DNA of 62,586 nt from Deltaproteobacteria bacterium SM23_61 (GTDB lineage Bacteria > Desulfobacterota > SM23-61). The DNA lies in NCBI GenBank assembly GCA_001304105.1, contig LJUR01000002.1, positions 1-62,586 of the forward strand, read 5' to 3'. Below the pieces are notes generated by a model, which saw only the letters and a program-made list of their open reading frames with translations, searched no databases and was not told where the DNA came from. The translations under genes were made by a program, and so were the position numbers. This document shows, in pieces, positions 19,346-29,671 of the stretch. The stretch's first letter is position 1, and each line of letters opens with the position of its first letter.

Positions 19346-20698
19346 TTATTCTAGGGTGAACACCTGTGGCTGATCCAGTTTCGTATTCAGGATTTCTAGG
19401 GCGCGCTGGATATATTTTTTCCGTAATTTTTTTTCCTTCTCACGGTCCAATTTGGTGTCCCCCAGGACGCTTGTCACATTGATTCCTTGCAGAATTCGGT
19501 TGACTCCTATCATTTTGCTCACCGAGGGAACGGCTGTGATATTGACTACTGGAAGCCCCACTCCTTCAATTTCTGATGCGATCGTTGCCCCGCAACGAGT
19601 ACTCGATCCTCAGGTCGAGGTGAGAATGACACCTCCTACCTTCGTGCTCTTCAGATCCTGGGCCATTTCTCTTCCTATTCTTTCGCACACACTGGCCGTA
19701 TTGGCATTGCCCGAGGTTGAATAAATAAAGGGATGAAGCTTGCCGACTAAGCCTTCCTTCTCCAGGTCCCGCATGGCATCGACGGGTACCAAGCGGTTGG
19801 GGTTTCCCAGCACGTGCAAAGGATAGTAGCCTGTATGCACGACTTCATAGTTTTCGGCCGAATAATTCTGGGGCAGAAATTGATCAATTTCATATTTGGA
19901 CCAAACTACATTACCCCTTCCCCGAAAACCATCCGGGTTTCCCTTCCATGTCAATCCTCCATCACTAATCAAAGCAATCTCGGCTTTGGTCAAATCCGCA
20001 ATGGGAGAAGGAGGGGGAATGGCTCTTTCCTTCACCTTTCCTGCCTCGGTTAGAAACGGTTTCCCCTGAATTTTGGCCAGCAGCATGTCAACGCCGCGGG
20101 CGGCGGCGGTTTTTTCCGTAAACTCATTCTTCAAGAGCCCTCTGGGGAAATAATCCCCTTCTTCCGGCCTGATGATGTTCTCCCCGGAAATCAGCCGAGT
20201 CCCTCTCTCCGGGGAAAGAATATGAAACGCCAGGTTTACCATCTTGGTCAAATCCTCGGCCATTTTGGCTGCGCTTTTTCCAGTGCGGCAAATGTAGACA
20301 TCTCGACGATATAATTCCACTCCCGGATTCTCGACAAACATGCCCGTGATCGCCGGAATAGCGAGCCTCTCCTGGACCTTCCTGCAAATTGCCCCGCAGG
20401 ATAAACCGTATCTTCCCGCTTCAAAAGCCGGGCCAGCGAAAAAGAGTTCCGGGGTGAAGGACGCGGCGAGCCTGACTCCATCTTCTGCTGCCTTTTCCAA
20501 ATTATCAGCAAAATAGTTGTCTCCGCAAATAATCGTACCAACGACTTCCCCCTTCTCTCCCAGAATTTTCTGCAAGGCCATTCCAGGGCCTACCGGGCCT
20601 TTTTTTACCATGAAGGGCAAATCCGCCTTCTCCTCTTGTCCCACCTGACCGAAAAACTGATTCAGGTAGTGGACAACCTTCAATTTGCTCGGAGTCAT
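19346..20698 (-). CDS. GrdB/GrdF/GrdH/PrdB-family selenoprotein B (reductase component B), with Sec encoded by TGA at 19610-19612
   Basis: ORFs 19610..20698 and 19346..19561 are in the same frame and separated only by the TGA. Read-through gives GGVILTST-U-GSSTRCGATIASEIEGVGLPVV, which is the family's Sec-site signature. Confidence 0.9.
19583..19597 (-). promoter_or_regulatory. SECIS-like hairpin for the GrdB-family gene
   Basis: The RNA reads CGUUGC-GGG-GCAACG and begins 12 nt after the UGA. Confidence 0.6.
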
Positions 20699-20727
20699 CT
20701 TTTTCCCCCTTTCGCTCAGGGCGGCAT

Positions 20728-22026
20728 TTAATATTCACAAGCAATGATTTTCGCCCCCCCGAGATGGTTGTACAGCCCGGCTAGGAACATCCCTTCCACT
20801 TCCAGTACAGGATCGCCCGCTTTTTGCTTGAACTCAGGGTTATAAACCAAGGTTTCAGATGTCCCCCCCAATATTTTCAAATCACCCGGCCGTGGTAGAC
20901 CAATCCTTTCCAGGGTTTGGCCCAGGTTCACGACCGCATTCAATACTTCTGTATCGAACAGGAGCGAATCGGAGCGTGTTCCGACGCTGTGGCCGAAATT
21001 GACGAAGACAGTTGTTTTTACGCCCAGGGCTTCGCAGGCCTCTCCCACCATACTGATATCCACGTGGGGCATTCCGCCATGTACCTTGGTTAAAATCGCC
21101 CCGTCCGCTCCCAGATAATTAGCGATCAGATTTCCCACCATATTGGCCATTCTCTGCCGTTGAATGGGATCGACGGTGGCGACCCCGATCACAGTTCCGG
21201 CAAACCACAATTCTTTCCCGTGCCGTTTGTACAATTCAAGGATTAGAGGATGATTTTGGATGCTGTACGTTTCCATCTTTCGAATGGTGTGGGTGCTGAC
21301 CAAGGCACCGTCCAAAATCTCATTGGGATGGAGGAGGGTTGGCATCAGGTCAGTGACATCTCTCCCATAAAGCATCGGATCCCCAATTCCCTTATAATCA
21401 TGCTGGGGAGTATGGATTTGATAGTAATAGACAATCCTTGGAAGACTTCCCCTATTTTGGGAAAGGACCAGGGGGATATCCAAATCGAAAATTTCCACCT
21501 GATCGGGAGAGGTTCCAACGCTGCTCCGGGCTAGATAGACGGCTATTTTTAAGCCCGCCACTTTTAGAGCCGTTTCAAAAGCCCTCTCTTCGACACCCTC
21601 TGCTGGAATGGGATGGATAACGAGGTTTTGCATTTTTCCGTAGATTCCCCGGTCCGCCCCCAGTCCAAACATATCGATAACTGAGGAATAGAGTCGCTTG
21701 GAAAAGCTGTTGGACAGAACGACCGCAATTCCCCGCAAAGATCTCGTTTTTCCCTGCCCTGCAATTACCAGCTTCCCCAAATACCCCGGAAAATCCTCTT
21801 TTTCATGACCCAGCTTGCATCGAGGTTGGATTACATCGACCACGTTAACAATCCGCACCGGCTCGCCAGGGGAGGTAACATTTAGCTCTACCGATAGAAT
21901 CCGTTCGTCTCTCAGGATAATTTCTTCCAATTCCTTTAGATTTATGTACAAAACGTGATCTGATACTCCCGTATGGGTCCCGGGTCGTACAGCTTGGATA
22001 TCAATCGATTCGATTTCCAATCTCAT
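20728..22026 (-). CDS. GrdE/GrdG/GrdI-type glycine/sarcosine/betaine reductase component B alpha/beta proprotein
   Basis: Family-typical N-terminus MRLEIESIDIQAV...GVSDHVLYINLKEL and length. The ATG at 22026 is preceded by GGAGG at a 6-nt spacing. The longer ORF start (22062) lacks an RBS. Confidence 0.85.
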   Translation of the reverse strand: MRLEIESIDIQAVRPGTHTGVSDHVLYINLKELEEIILRDERILSVELNVTSPGEPVRIVNVVDVIQPRCKLGHEKEDFPGYLGKLVIAGQGKTRSLRGIAVVLSNSFSKRLYSSVIDMFGLGADRGIYGKMQNLVIHPIPAEGVEERAFETALKVAGLKIAVYLARSSVGTSPDQVEIFDLDIPLVLSQNRGSLPRIVYYYQIHTPQHDYKGIGDPMLYGRDVTDLMPTLLHPNEILDGALVSTHTIRKMETYSIQNHPLILELYKRHGKELWFAGTVIGVATVDPIQRQRMANMVGNLIANYLGADGAILTKVHGGMPHVDISMVGEACEALGVKTTVFVNFGHSVGTRSDSLLFDTEVLNAVVNLGQTLERIGLPRPGDLKILGGTSETLVYNPEFKQKAGDPVLEVEGMFLAGLYNHLGGAKIIACEY

Positions 22027-22301
22027 ATCCAGCCTCCTTTTCTCAACAATTGATATGGCCATCTATAAGAGCGGACAAGTTTAGGCCTTGCTTTCCCCGA
22101 ATGAAGCCCATCCCATTATCCATTTCCCCAAATTGAGCGATGGTATTGAGCCGTATGAAGGGATTGTTTCCAGGACGGGAATACTCCGGTTAAAATTATT
22201 ATGAACGGAGCTATGGAAATGATTTTCCTTTGTGTATCCATATTGCGTGCATCTCTATTTCAGGGTGCCACCGGCCCACTCCTCTTTCCCTGTTTCCTTC
22301 G

Positions 22302-22482
22302 GCTTGCAGGAAAGCGGGCATCATGGATTTCCGCCTCCATGATCTTAGGCATACCTACGCTTCGCATCCGGCCATGCTGGAAGTTCACAGCGCTTTAGGA
22401 ACTGTTTGGTTACAGGGCTCTGGCCATAACGCAGCGCCATTCCCACCCTGTGCCGGAGCAGTTACAGAACGCGGGGAAGTAA
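22302..22482 (+). pseudogene. C-terminal remnant of a tyrosine recombinase/integrase (frameshifted; N-terminal ~80% missing)
   Basis: KAGIMDFRLHDLRHTYAS (box II HDLRH) is followed, after a frameshift, by ITQRHSHPVPEQLQNAGK (compare MTxRYaHlxPexl). No catalytic N-terminal part is present. Confidence 0.7.
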
Positions 22483-22556
22483 GTGGATGGAGTGATTGGG
22501 GATAGGTAGGAAGCCTCCCTCTGTCTTTGCCCCGACATTCCCTCACAGTGGGAACA

Positions 22557-23225
22557 TTAAAGTTGTCCGGTCTTTCGATGCATTTCAGCGAAGCTCTTTC
22601 CCGCTTTCAATCCAGCAGAAAAATCCTTTTCCTCTTTTACAGTTTTTTTCGATTTTTCAAGAACTTCCACCGCCTTTTCCCGAGGAATGACAATAATACC
22701 GGTCCGATCAGCCACTATGACATCCCCGGGTCTGACCCGGATTCCTCCACATTGAATCTCCCCATTCATCTCCAGCATTTTTGTCCGCGTTTTCCCCGTG
22801 CGAGGAGTGAGGTATCGGGAAAAAACCGGAAAGTTCAGCTCTACGATTTCATCGGCATCGCGGGAACCGCCATCAATAACCACACCCTGGATTCCTTTCT
22901 CCTTGGCTGCAGTTGAAGCCAAATCACCCCACGTTGAAATTTCCTTTCCGCTATTATCAAATACCAGGATATCCCCCGGCTGGGCAGCATCGATGATTGT
23001 GCTGATTTTAAAGTCCTCAATCGGGTAAGTTCCCGCAAGCCCGGAAACTTGTTTGATTGTAAGTGCAGGACCCGCCAGTTTAAAGCCCTCTCTTACGGCT
23101 TTGATGCCGGAGACTAGGCAATCCAGTCCCATCTGGTCCAGTACATCTGAAATCGTACTGGTATTGACTGAACGGAATCCTTCTATGACCTCTTTGGGCA
23201 GACGTTCCACGGGCTTGATCTCCAT
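22557..23225 (-). CDS. RraA-family protein (RraA/HMG-CHA aldolase-like)
   Basis: TSTISDVLDQMG...GDILVFDNSG...STWGDLASTAAKEKGIQGVVIDGGSRD is typical of the RraA fold. Confidence 0.85.
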   Translation of the reverse strand: MEIKPVERLPKEVIEGFRSVNTSTISDVLDQMGLDCLVSGIKAVREGFKLAGPALTIKQVSGLAGTYPIEDFKISTIIDAAQPGDILVFDNSGKEISTWGDLASTAAKEKGIQGVVIDGGSRDADEIVELNFPVFSRYLTPRTGKTRTKMLEMNGEIQCGGIRVRPGDVIVADRTGIIVIPREKAVEVLEKSKKTVKEEKDFSAGLKAGKSFAEMHRKTGQL

Positions 23226-23376
23226 ATAGTTACCTCCCTATCAGGTTATTTTGTTAAAATCAGATATTCCAAGGCTTATCCTGAAAGTCATGTGGATGAT
23301 TTGAAGTCTTCCAGGGTCGGATCTTAACCTTGAAAAGCTCCCTAAAGAGCTTCATCTTCTCTTTCCCTACTTGCCA

Positions 23377-24120
23377 TCACGGTATTATCTGCGCTTCCAA
23401 AAAAGAAGGATCATGGCAAGCAAGCACGATATCCGCCAACCCCTTCACCAGGAAAACGCTTTCGAAACCATCTACCGCATTCAAATGAATACCTGGAGCC
23501 ACTACAGGGGTCAACTCTTTGAGTTCTTCAGATACTCCTTCGGGGGGGCCAAAGTTATCTTTTAGACAGCAGAACCCTGTTATGATCGCCTTCCCTTTCT
23601 CCGTATTTACGGCAACAGACATGGTTCCGGGAGTATGGCCCGGGGTCGGAATAAGTTCTATTCCCGGAAAGATTTCCTGATAGCCTTTGACTATGACGAA
23701 ATTCACTCCGGTTAACAGGCTCTTTTTATAAGTGGGAGCCAATATGGGATGAGGGGCATAAGCAAACCTCAATTCCTCCTCCTGAACCAGGACCTTTGCA
23801 TTCTTGCACTTCTGCATATTAGCGCAATGATCCCACTGGAGGTGGGTTTGTATGATGATATCTATATCCTTCGGTTTGAGCCCCACACTTTCCAGAGACT
23901 CTTCAAAGGAAAGAATTTCCTTTGCGGGTAATCCTCTTAACTCTTTCGCAAGCTTTGCCTCCGAAGCGGTGTCAACAAGAATATTCTTATCGGCTCCTTC
24001 TATATACCATACCACGTTAGGAACCTGAATCTTTTGGCCGTAATGAAACCGATACATAAGGACCGCCTTGTCAAGCTCCATTGAAGATAAAGGCAATACC
24101 TTGATTCTGTATGTTCTCAT
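23377..24120 (-). CDS. MBL-fold metallo-hydrolase (lactonase-like)
   Basis: THLQWDH (HxHxDH variant) and TPGHTPG motifs. AGGAGG RBS upstream of the ATG. Confidence 0.85.
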   Translation of the reverse strand: MRTYRIKVLPLSSMELDKAVLMYRFHYGQKIQVPNVVWYIEGADKNILVDTASEAKLAKELRGLPAKEILSFEESLESVGLKPKDIDIIIQTHLQWDHCANMQKCKNAKVLVQEEELRFAYAPHPILAPTYKKSLLTGVNFVIVKGYQEIFPGIELIPTPGHTPGTMSVAVNTEKGKAIITGFCCLKDNFGPPEGVSEELKELTPVVAPGIHLNAVDGFESVFLVKGLADIVLACHDPSFLEAQIIP

Positions 24121-24468
24121 GCTTTCATCCTCCTATATTTCGCTTCTGGTAGACGCGGATGATGACTCCAGGAAACCTGCCCTTGAACTCTATCCTTTCA
24201 GTCAATTTTAATTCATTACAGCAAAAAATGTACCTAGTTGTCAATGTATCAATTCTCCTCGGGTCGTGCCCATCAGGTATTGAATATTGCTCCCGCCAAT
24301 GGTGTGCGAAGTCGAGATTCGGCCACTCCCGCCCCTGTCTGCCAGATAAAGCATTGATCCATACGAATCTAGCCTTCAATCCCGTCTTGCCAAAATCCGT
24401 GAGAAATCCAATAGGATGATAAAAAGGGTTAGAAGCCTGGGGAATATCTTCTAGATCCTTGTAATGAC

Positions 24469-24513
24469 TGGTGGACGGTAATGGATTTGAACCTCTGACC
24501 TCCGGTATGCGAG
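24469..24513 (-). pseudogene. Decayed 3' fragment of a tRNA (Ala-like: CGC anticodon position, U70), preceded by a terminator-like hairpin
   Basis: 38/45 nt identical to the 3' part of the tRNA at 39774-39850. The T-stem no longer pairs. The flank (aaaaaggg-hairpin-ccttgtaatgac) is homologous to the flanks at 34385-34431 and 39722-39773. Confidence 0.7.
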
Positions 24514-24949
24514 GGTTTCAGTATGAGCCGGAAGACATCGATTTTATTCGCCTTTTATCATCTTATAGCCTATTAAATTCAACAACTTAGCATCGTCGGA
24601 CGGGCAAATCAATCCAGCATAGAACCGGCCCCTTGCCAACAACCATTCATTTCAATAGGCTCCTTACCATTTTTCAATCTAATCCAACCCCAGAGCGCAA
24701 AATTCAACTTTCCCTTTCATTATACAGCCGTCCCGGCGGGGCAGGAATTCCTCCCAGAAGCAGTAATTTGATGAAAAAATTTTTATTTTTGACGATAATT
24801 AGGACGAATAGCCTTAGAAAGATATATCCGCCAACTCTAGCGGGCGGAGAAATTTGGGGGCCGCCTGATCGATGAAAAACTGATGTGTTAGCCCGACTTT
24901 CCGGCGGTCAAGAATTTCAATTCAGATCAAAAATTGGGAGGGGGTTTCC

Positions 24950-25948
24950 ATGAAAAGATTGCTTTTGATCCTGACCCTGATTGTCTTTCAGCTGATAGCA
25001 TTTACGGTATGCCTGAATGCGAAGCAGCATGATAAAAGGGAACTCACAAACAAGGTCATGGAGCTGTCGGGAATGAATGACCAGATTCGCCAGATACCGG
25101 CTTTTGTCCAAATAGGCGTCTCCAGCCGAAAGGGGTCGACCCCCCCCGACTTATATAATATTCTTGAACCCGAAATTGTGAAAGCTTTTCAACCGGAAAA
25201 AATTCTAAAAGGGGTATCCAGGGAGATTGAAAACAAACTTGATTTAAGGACCCTACAAGATGTCCTCACCTGGCTCGAGTCTCCCCTGGGGCAGAAGATC
25301 ACCGCCATAGAGGAGAGCAACTCGACACCCGAAGCATTGCAGGGGATGAAAGAATTTGCCGCCTTGATGAAGAAAACACCGCCGCCCAAGAGGCGCTCAG
25401 ACCTGGTCAAAAGGTTCAACAGGGCGACGAAACCGGCAGAATGGATTGTCGAAATACAAATGTCCTCGATCCTTGCTTTGACAACGGCATTGAATTCCAG
25501 CCTGCCGAAAGAAAAACGGGGGAATCTAGCCGAGATAAGAAAAAAAATCGAGCAGCTCCGCCCGAAAGCACAGAAGGAGGCAGAGTCAAATTCGGTGATG
25601 GGTTCCTTCTACGCCTACAGAACGTTGACGGATGAAGAGTTTCAACGCTATGTTTTATTCGCAGAGTCCGCCAGCGCGAAACGCTTCCACAATGTTTTTC
25701 TGAATGCACTCAAAAATGAAATGCAAATGGCTTGTCTGAAGATTGGGAAATCTTTGGGCGAGAAAATAATAAAATTGCCTCGCGAGCAAGAGGTAATGGT
25801 TACCGGCAAGATTGTCGTACACTTGAAAGACGGTAGGACTCTGGTGTGGGATAACTACACGGAAAAGAACGACCGCTATTGCACATTTATTGCCGGCGGT
25901 GAGCTTTGTATAAGTAAAAGCGATGTAGCCTCTGTTGGGCGGAACTAA
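24950..25948 (+). CDS. Secreted hypothetical protein (332 aa)
   Basis: Signal peptide MKRLLLILTLIVFQLIAFTVCLNA, GGAGGGGG RBS, and no confidently recognised domain. Confidence 0.6.
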   Translation: MKRLLLILTLIVFQLIAFTVCLNAKQHDKRELTNKVMELSGMNDQIRQIPAFVQIGVSSRKGSTPPDLYNILEPEIVKAFQPEKILKGVSREIENKLDLRTLQDVLTWLESPLGQKITAIEESNSTPEALQGMKEFAALMKKTPPPKRRSDLVKRFNRATKPAEWIVEIQMSSILALTTALNSSLPKEKRGNLAEIRKKIEQLRPKAQKEAESNSVMGSFYAYRTLTDEEFQRYVLFAESASAKRFHNVFLNALKNEMQMACLKIGKSLGEKIIKLPREQEVMVTGKIVVHLKDGRTLVWDNYTEKNDRYCTFIAGGELCISKSDVASVGRN

Positions 25949-25969
25949 TAAAGGATTTCTCTCCCAATA

Positions 25970-26240
25970 TCTTCTCGTTGAGAAACTTGGAGGAATCTTC
26001 AAGGAAGCGAAAACTCCCTGTATGGCCTTGGCTCTTATCCCCACCCGTGTCCATAGACTGCCCCCTTATTTCAGATGAATCGATATAGCTTTGCGAGCAG
26101 CGCGGTAGGCCGGCTGAAAGCTCAAATGGAGGGAAACCGGCAGACAAAAAAAGCGCATCCAGAAAATCACAGAAAATCTCAATAAGGGTCAAGCCCAGAC
26201 CTATAGGGGGCGAAAAGGGTAAGCCTTGCCGATGGGCGGA
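25970..26240. repeat. Repeat element B (homolog of 17308-17600)
   Basis: See element A. In addition, a 12-mer TCTTGCCGAGAT (26284-26295) is identical to the start of the 88-bp eamA repeat. Confidence 0.7.
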
Positions 26241-26302
26241 AGGAAGGGGTTGGCATGGGAAACAGGCCAATATTTCCCATGCCTCTTGCCGAGATTTGAA
26301 TC

Positions 26303-27406
26303 TCAGAAGGTCACGATACTGCGGGCCACTTCGCCCTTGATGAGGTTATCATAAGCCTCGTTGATCTGGGCGAAAGGATATTTCCGGGTGAGAAGTTCAT
26401 CGAGTTTTAATTTCCCGGCTTTATACATTTCCATCAACATCATGGTGTCCTGCCGGATCCTGGCGGATCCATAGAGCGATCCGGTCAGCGTCTTTTCTTC
26501 GAATACGAGAGCCATGATGGGAACCGCTACTTCTTTCGTCAGGGGCACCACACCAACGGCCACGCACATTCCTCGTTTGGCCAGACAGTCGAAGGCCTGA
26601 CGGACCGTCTCGGGAGATCCTATCGCCTCGAAGGCATAGTCGACTCCCCGGCCGTCGGTCAAAGCCCTGACCGCTTCCACGGCATTCTTCTTCGAGGCGT
26701 CAACAAAATGGGTAGCCCCAAAAGTCTTAGCATAATCGAGCTTTTTCGCATTGATATCAACGGCGATGATCTTAGCCGCACCCGCAATCGCCGAGCCCTG
26801 GATGATATTCAACCCGATTCCGCCGGCTCCAAAAACGACCGAAGTACTTCCCGGCTTGACCTTGGCGCAGTTGATGGCGGCGCCGACCCCGGTGATGACT
26901 CCGCAGCCAAGGAGAACAGCAATCTCCAAGGGAAAATCCTGGGGGATCTTGAGGGCGGATCCCTCGGGAATCACCGTGTATTCCGAAAAGGTCGAGGCCC
27001 CGGCAAAGTGTTTGATTTCCTGGCCTTTGTACTTGAAACGGGTGGTCCCATCGAGGAGCTGGCCAGTCGAGCGGATCTGAGTGCCAGCCGGACAGAGGGC
27101 GGGGCGTCCATTACTGCAGTATTCGCAGATCCCGCAGGAAAGACGCCACATGACGATGATATGATCTCCGGGTTTCACGGCCGTCACCCCCGGCCCGACC
27201 TCAGCCACGATGCCGGAACCCTCGTGTCCGAGAATGGACGGAAAGGGAGCGAAGAGATGACCGGTCATGACATGATAGTCGCTATGGCAAATGCCTGCGG
27301 CGACCAGTTTGACGAGAACTTCCCCTGTATGGGGCTTCTCCACATCCACTTCTTGGATGTCCAACCTCTTTCCCGCTTCCCAAAATATCGCTGCTTTCGA
27401 TTTCAT
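26303..27406 (-). CDS. Zinc-dependent alcohol dehydrogenase (class III/medium-chain type)
   Basis: GICHSDYH, GHEGSGIV, and the structural-zinc Cys cluster CGICEYCSNGRPALC. The ATG at 27406 is preceded by GGAGG. Confidence 0.9.
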   Translation of the reverse strand: MKSKAAIFWEAGKRLDIQEVDVEKPHTGEVLVKLVAAGICHSDYHVMTGHLFAPFPSILGHEGSGIVAEVGPGVTAVKPGDHIIVMWRLSCGICEYCSNGRPALCPAGTQIRSTGQLLDGTTRFKYKGQEIKHFAGASTFSEYTVIPEGSALKIPQDFPLEIAVLLGCGVITGVGAAINCAKVKPGSTSVVFGAGGIGLNIIQGSAIAGAAKIIAVDINAKKLDYAKTFGATHFVDASKKNAVEAVRALTDGRGVDYAFEAIGSPETVRQAFDCLAKRGMCVAVGVVPLTKEVAVPIMALVFEEKTLTGSLYGSARIRQDTMMLMEMYKAGKLKLDELLTRKYPFAQINEAYDNLIKGEVARSIVTF

Positions 27407-27611
27407 AATGGAACCTCCTTTCATAGTATCTATGGTGCTGCGGTCGGTTCGGGACTATCATACTAAAAAGGAAATAAAAAAGGGGAATTTTTTTCATGAA
27501 AAAGAATAAATAAAAAAAGGCTGATTCCTCAAGGGCTTGAGCTTTGGACTTCGTCTCTTCGGCAAAAAATACTCCATGGGAAATAGCTTCATTATGCCCC
27601 TAAATGGAACA

Positions 27612-27670
27612 ATTTTCTCGAAAGATTTGGAGGAAATCTCAAGGAAACAAAGCCCCCCTTTTTAGCCTAA
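27612..27670. repeat. Repeat element C (partial homolog of the 5' segment of element B)
   Basis: ttctcgaaagatttggaggaaatctcaaggaaacaaag here matches tctcgttgagaaacttggaggaatcttcaaggaagcgaaa at 25970-26010. Confidence 0.6.
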
Positions 27671-27833
27671 GCTCCTAGGCCCAGCCACTTTTCAAACCAC
27701 GAAACTGCAAAAGTAAAGGTCGTCCCCGAAATTGACTACAAAAGCAAACAGGCGTATATTAAAACCCGCTGCAGGTCAGCCGGTTTGAGGCCTCAAAGGA
27801 GTTTTAATTTCAATAATAATATGGAGGAGTAAA

Positions 27834-29117
27834 GTGATAAGCCTGTCACCGGATGAAAAGGAAATGTTGGCGGGTAATCAAGGCCTCGATAAGAAAAGGG
27901 CCATGGAACTACTTGTAAAATACACGGAAGCTTTGGGCGCTCGGAAATTAGTAAATACAAATAATGTCACCGTCATATTGGGAGCTATTCCAGACGTAGG
28001 GATTATAAGGAAGATTGTACCCACCCTTGACGTTGATGAGATTGCCTCAAAATTCTTCCTTGACAGCGACGATCGTGTAGTCGTTAGCCGCGTAAAGGCA
28101 TTTACAACCACTAACGCCTATTTCTATGACCAAAGATACCCTGATCTTCAAAGGGGAGGAAAAGAAGCTACTGAGTTGTCCAAACAAATTGCGGATTACT
28201 GCGCTCGAATTGGTATCGTACACCTTTCCACATGTACACCATATCAGTCGGGAAATATTCCCACTAAAGGGGAACATTGTGCATGGACTGAATCCTCGGC
28301 TATTGCCTATTGTAATGCGATATTAGGTGCCCGAACGAACATTGAAGGGGTGCAGAGCTCCTTTGCAAGTGCGATTACAGGGAAGACGCCCCTTTGGGGA
28401 ATGCACCTGGATGAAAACAGATATGGAAAGGTATCCGTCAAAATAGAATTGAGTATGGACAATATTCAGGATTGGTATTTGATGGGTTACTACGTGGGTA
28501 TGCACGTCGGATTGGATATTCCTGTGTATGTGAATTCGAAGAGGACCCCTAATCTTAATATGCTCATGGCCCTTTGCGCCGCTGGGATTTCCTCAGGCAG
28601 CATTGTTATGTTTCATATTGTCGGGGTAACTCCAGAGGCTCCAACCTTTGAAATTGCCACTGGAAATCGCAAGTTGGTAAAGAGCCTGAATTTTGGGGAG
28701 CGGGAGCGTAGGGTCGCTTACGAAAAATTGAACCACGCAAGTAGAGGTGATGTGGATATCGTCATGCTCGGCTGTCCGCATTACAGTCTTGAGCGACTAT
28801 CATCGGTCTCAGAGCTGCTTAAAGGAAAGAGAATTCATCCTAATGTGGCTCTTTACATAACGACTTGTCGAACAAACAAATACGTGGCGGACGGGCTGGG
28901 ATTCACGGAGACAATTACTAAAGCTGGTGGGATCCTTTTCGAAGATTCCTGTGGGACACTGTTTGATGTGGATCGCTCAAAAGTGCTCGCCACGGATTCC
29001 GCTAAGCTGGTTCATTATGTCCCTGGGATGACGGGCTTAAAGAACATATGGTTCGGCCCTACGGAGCAATGCATTGAGGCTGCGATCACAGGGAAATGGA
29101 GAGGGGAATTAACATGA
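27834..29117 (+). CDS. Aconitase X catalytic subunit (DUF521 family)
   Basis: About 427 aa. N-terminus LSPDEKEMLAGNQG...AMELLVKYTEALGA, plus CTPYQ and CAWTESSA motifs typical of DUF521/AcnX. GTG start with a GGAGG RBS. Confidence 0.8.
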   Translation: MISLSPDEKEMLAGNQGLDKKRAMELLVKYTEALGARKLVNTNNVTVILGAIPDVGIIRKIVPTLDVDEIASKFFLDSDDRVVVSRVKAFTTTNAYFYDQRYPDLQRGGKEATELSKQIADYCARIGIVHLSTCTPYQSGNIPTKGEHCAWTESSAIAYCNAILGARTNIEGVQSSFASAITGKTPLWGMHLDENRYGKVSVKIELSMDNIQDWYLMGYYVGMHVGLDIPVYVNSKRTPNLNMLMALCAAGISSGSIVMFHIVGVTPEAPTFEIATGNRKLVKSLNFGERERRVAYEKLNHASRGDVDIVMLGCPHYSLERLSSVSELLKGKRIHPNVALYITTCRTNKYVADGLGFTETITKAGGILFEDSCGTLFDVDRSKVLATDSAKLVHYVPGMTGLKNIWFGPTEQCIEAAITGKWRGELT

Positions 29118-29527
29118 AAACTATTATTCTAAAGGGCCGTAAAATTTATGGCGGGATGGCCGAAGGGGAAGCCCTTGTCATGAAAGGCGGACTAGGCGGC
29201 ATGGGGGTTTTTGACGTTGAAAGCGGGACTGTCATTGAACTGGGGCATCCTTGGATAAATGAAATAGTTGGCGGGAAGATCTTAGTATTCAAGACAGGAA
29301 AGGGTTCCTCTTCATGGTCAATGTGGCACCAGACCTTGAGGTTTATGGGTAAGGGGCCGCTGGCTCACATTGTTGCTGAGTGCAATCCACAAACCGCCCT
29401 GGGGGCAGTGGTAGCTCGGGTTCCCTCCGTTACAGATCTTGATAAAGATCCCACGGAGGTGATTTCGACAGGAGACTGGGTGAAGGTGGATGCTGATTCT
29501 GGTTTAGTTGAGGTGAGGAAGAAGTAA
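29114..29527 (+). CDS. Aconitase X swivel-domain subunit (DUF126 family)
   Basis: ATGA overlap with the upstream stop. GRKIYGGMAEGEALV...GKILVFKTGKGSSS is typical of DUF126. Confidence 0.8.
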   Translation: MKTIILKGRKIYGGMAEGEALVMKGGLGGMGVFDVESGTVIELGHPWINEIVGGKILVFKTGKGSSSWSMWHQTLRFMGKGPLAHIVAECNPQTALGAVVARVPSVTDLDKDPTEVISTGDWVKVDADSGLVEVRKK

Positions 29528-29639
29528 GCTATATACGCTAACACCTTGAGACCAGGAAAGGGGGGCTAGAGTACACTTACTACTCTTCGATCCAGCATAA
29601 ACCCGGAAGGCAATGATTAGGGGTAGAAATACAAAAAAA

Positions 29640-29666
29640 GTAGGGCCAGAAATGGCCCTACTTTTT
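29640..29666. terminator. Bidirectional intrinsic terminator
   Basis: AAAAAAA-GTAGGGCC-agaaat-GGCCCTAC-TTTTT, between convergent genes. Confidence 0.8.
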
Positions 29667-29671
29667 GAGCG

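Noticed and set aside
22063-22300. Glycine riboswitch upstream of the GrdE-like gene
   Set aside because: I looked for the GGAGAG...ACCGAAGGGGCAA core on the minus strand. Only a vague GGGGAAAGCAAGG is present, which is not enough to call.
24125-24379. 84-aa minus-strand ORF just upstream of the MBL hydrolase
   Set aside because: It has no recognisable motif or clear RBS and may be a gene fragment. I left it unannotated rather than call it.
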